From assembly GCF_006345805.1 (NCBI RefSeq), contig NC_043016.1, forward strand, positions 6,324,001 to 6,388,000: a stretch of DNA of 64,000 nt, written 5' to 3'. This DNA comes from Octopus sinensis (Eukaryota). A model generated the notes under the pieces. It had not been told where the DNA came from and ran no database searches. It saw only the letters and a program-made list of their open reading frames with translations. Positions within the stretch are counted from its first letter, which is position 1; the number at the start of each line of letters is the position of its first letter. Position numbers and translations under genes: made by a program. Positions 60,137 to 64,000 of the stretch are shown piece after piece.

Positions 60137-62973
60137 AGATCCTGCAAATGGACAGAGATTTAGGGACATATTACTTGAAGCCTCTGACGAAGTAGAAGGG
60201 GATAGAGCATCACAGGGGGTAGAAGACAGCTGGACGTTTCTAAGGGACAACCTGCTGAGAGCCACTGATCAGATCTGTGGCTGGTGCAAAGTCCCCTCTC
60301 GACCTCGAATAACGTGGTGGTGGAACAATATTGTAGACAGGGCTATTAGAGAAAAGGCTTGGAAGGTCTGGAAAAATGGGGGTAGCAGGGAATTGTATCA
60401 GACTGCCAAAAGAGAAGCTAGGAGACAGGTTTATTTAGCCAGAGGGGAGCAGATAAGAAAAAATTTGCCAATGTTCTGCGCCGTGAGGACCAAAGACTGG
60501 AGGTGTTTCGCGTTGCAAGACAGTGTGTGAGAGAGAATCGTGATGTGGTAGGAGAGAAGTGTGTTCGCATGGAAGATGGTTCACTTGCGCTAAATGAGGA
60601 TGCAAAGAGAGAGGTTTGGAGATGCCACTATGAAAGGTTGCTGAATGAAGAAAATGAATGGGATAAAGAGAGTCTGCCGAATGTTGACCCAACAGAGGGA
60701 CCAGCTATCCGAGTTGATAGTTCCGTGGTAGCTAAGGCAATTAGAAGCATGAAGACAGGAAAAGCCCCAGGCCCATCAGGAATCACTGCAGAGATGCTCA
60801 AAATGTCTGGTAGTGTCGGCTATAGCCTAGTCACCCGTATAGTTAATCAGGTGATACACAAAGGAGTCATACCCAATGACTGGTGTAGCAGTATAATAGT
60901 CAACTGCTACAAAGGTAAAGGTGATGCCCTAGATACAATAACTACAGAGGTATCAAGCTGTTGGATCAGGTGATGAAGGTTACGGAGAGGGTCATAGCCC
61001 AACTAATTAGAGAGAGAGTTAGTTTAGATGAGATGCAGTTTGGGTTTGTGCCAGGGAAAAGTACTACTGATGCTATATTCCTGGTAAGGCATCTGCAGGA
61101 GAAATACCTAGCCAAAGATAAGCCCCTGTACCTGGCTTTTGTTGACATGGAGAAAGCCTTCGACAGGGTCCCCCGATCCCTTATCTGGTGGGCAATGTGG
61201 AAACTAGGGATAGATGAATGGTTAGTGAGAGCTGTGCGGGCCATGTATAGGGACGCTGCTAGTAGGGTGAGGGTTGGAAATGAGAGTACAGTGAAGAATT
61301 CCGGGTAGAGGTAGGGGTCCACCAAGGCTCAGTACTCAGCCCCCTCCTATTTACCATAGTCCTCCAGGCAATAACGGAGGAATTCAAGACAGGATGCCCT
61401 TGGGAGCTCCTCTATGCTGATGACCTTGCTCTAATTGCTGAGTCGCTATCAGAACTGGAGGAGAAGTTTCAGGTGTGGAAACAAGGATTAGAATCGAAGG
61501 GCCTCAGAGTCAATCTAGCTAAAACCAAAGTCGTAATCAGTAGGAAGGTAGACAAATCACAAACACCTTCAGGTAGATGGCCCTGCTCGATCTGTAGAAA
61601 AGGTGTAGGTAGAAACTCTATAAGATGCACCAAGTGTAAGCTATGGACACATAAGAGATGCAGCAATGTCAAAGGAAGGCTAACTAGGAAGATGGTTTTT
61701 GTATGTGGCAGATGCTCAGGAACAATAAACACTGAAAATGCTCTGAGACCAACTTCCGTCACTTTCCAGGGAGAAAAACTAGAAATAGTTGATAGTTTTC
61801 CGTTACCTAGGTGACCAAGTCAGCAGCGGGGGGGGGTGTGCTGAAAGTGTAACTGCTAGAGTAAGAATAGCTTGGGCAAAGTTCAGAGAGCTCTTACCTC
61901 TGCGGTGACAAAAGGCCTCTCGCACAGAGTGAAAGGCAGACTGTATGATGTTTTGTACGAACAGCCATGCTACATGGCAGTGAAACATGGGCCGTGACTG
62001 CTGAGGATATGCGTAAGCTCGCTAGAAATGAAGCCAGTATGCTCCGATGGAGGTGTAATGCCGGTACTCACACTCGGCAGAGTGTAAGTACCTTGAGAGA
62101 AAAGCTGGACCTAAGAAGCATCAGTTGTGGTGTGCAAGAGAGACGTTTGCGCTGGTATGGTCATGTGGCGAGAATGGATGAAGATAGTTGTGTGAAAAAG
62201 TGCCACACCCTAGCGGTTGAGGAAACTGTGGAAGAGGCAGACCCAGGAAAACCTGGGACGAGTGGTGAAGCACGACCTTCGAACTTTAGGTCTCACCAAG
62301 GAAATGACTAGAGACCGAGACCTCTGGAAGTGTGCTGTGCGCGAGAAGACCCGGCAGGACAAGTGAGTCCATAACCCGTGGCCTTCTACATGGGATGGAG
62401 CCAGCCTACGTATGCATACCTTCCCTTCTTGGGACACAAAACTCTACTTGTGAAGATGTGTTGAGGCAAGTGAGGATCAGAATCGAAATCGATCAATGGA
62501 AATTGCAGATGTGTTACCAGTGCCGGTGGCATGTCGAAACTCTACTTGTGAAGACCCGTTGAGGCAAGTGAGGATCAGAATCGAAATCGATCAATGGAAA
62601 TTGCAGATGTGTTACCAGTGCCGGTGGCATGTAAGAGAACTTTCCGATTCGCGACCGTTGCCAGCACCGCCCCGTTTCGTGTCCGTTGCCAGCCTCGCCT
62701 GGCCCTCATGCCGGTGGCACATAAAAAGCACCATCCGTTCGTGGCCGTTTGCCAGCTCTGTCTGGCACCAGTGCGGGTGGCACATAAAAAGCACCCACTA
62801 CACTCACGGAGTGCTTGGCGTTAGGAAGGGCATCCAGCCGTAGAAACACTGCCAGATTTGACTGGGCCTGATGAAGCCTTCTGGCTTCACAGACCCCAGT
62901 AGAACCGTCCAAACCATGCTAGCATGGAAAACGGACGCTAAACGATGATGATGATGATGATGATGATGATGAT
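60137..62973 (+). mobile_element. Longest PHD-RTE LINE copy: linker, RT, PHD, thumb, UTR array, tail; frameshifted
   Basis: KAPGPSGI, EMQFGF, FVDMEKAFD, LYADD, KTK, C4HC3 at 61584-61715, stop at 62364-62366, array, GAT tail. Confidence 0.97.
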
Positions 62974-62986
62974 ATATATATATATA

Positions 62987-63195
62987 TCACCGTGACTGAC
63001 CAGGCTATCAGATGTTGCTACACATCGCTGGTCACAATGCGCTTCACATTGTTTTAGCCTTCAAGTGACGCCACCACCCCCTGCCGGAGCCTCATGGAGC
63101 TTTAGGTGTTTTCGCTCAATAAACACTCACAACGCCCGGTCTGGGAATCGAAACTGCGAGTCCGCTGCCCTAACCACTGGGCCATTGCGCCTCCA
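62987..63195 (-). mobile_element. Internally deleted GTGGAG-head tRNA SINE
   Basis: Head and 3' end match 26144-26455; middle missing. Confidence 0.88.
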
Positions 63196-64000
63196 CACAC
63201 ACACACATATATATATATGCATGTATAATAATAAAAAAAGGATTAAAATATCGAGGCAGATATCAATAAACCACTCAGTTTTAAATGAATTTGATTAACT
63301 ATATTAAACAATCAAACATCAATAAATGCAAGTAGAATACACATCCAAGGTAATTCCTCATGTATGACAATTAGATCCAAATATCATTCCAAGAAATACA
63401 GAGTATTAGACAACAAAAATACAGACAGAGAAAATCAGATCATTAATTGTTGAATTCACCGTATAAAGCCGACATTTGTTTCTGTTGTGTGTTTAGATAT
63501 AGAAAGTATTGTTGAAATTAATATATCCGAAACCACAAGGTTTTTTAGGTGACCTAAAATTAGCTAAATTCAAAGTGAACTAAAGAAATATTTCCAGTAC
63601 ATGAATGCCTACAAAATGAATGCTAAGAATAAATATAATCTAAGGAAAGCTATTTATGTATTCAAATCTTGGTGACATCAGTGGATAGCAAAGGAATAAA
63701 AAATAAACACATGAATTCTGTTGAGACAATTTGAAAGATAGACATTCTATATCATGACAATTAGTTATCTACTTATTAAATATTGTAAACTGTTTTAGAA
63801 AAATTATGCTTATTATATAACATGAAAAACAATTCTAATTAAGAATTGGAATATTTGGATGTCTCTCGAAATTTATGGCAGAATTTCATTGTAAAATTCC
63901 CATTAAAATTTAATAAAATTAATTTAGAAGTAATTATATAATACATTTCTTCAACGCAAAGATCATACATATATAGAATTACCAATATTGTACGATGGTG

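Noticed and set aside
60137-62366. Active autonomous LINE
   Set aside because: Lacks the endonuclease and has several frameshifts, some possibly sequencing errors

Overview
AT-rich, repeat-dominated animal DNA. The SINE, microsatellite and LINE content points to an octopod cephalopod (inferred, not verified). No complete host gene is visible, and most long ORF calls are microsatellite or antisense artefacts. The dominant element is an RTE-clade LINE with about 15 fragments and two odd traits. First, a C4HC3 PHD-type zinc finger sits inside the reverse transcriptase, between the KTK and YLG motifs. Second, the 3' UTR carries a variable-length array (about 3-11 copies) of a ~61-nt hairpin/pseudoknot unit, followed by a (GAT)n tail. 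Self-cleaving RNA candidates include an HDV-like fold at the 5' end of a TSD-bounded ~340-bp non-autonomous RTE derivative and several minimal hammerheads tied to Penelope-like fragments. Also present are other RTE families, R4/Dong relics, four tRNA-SINE families, a solo LTR, a Helitron, piggyBac-type MITEs and long palindromes. There is one probable first coding exon (49953-50027) and a possible spliced minus-strand transcript. All structures and alignments were read by eye. Family names rest on recalled motifs, not database searches.
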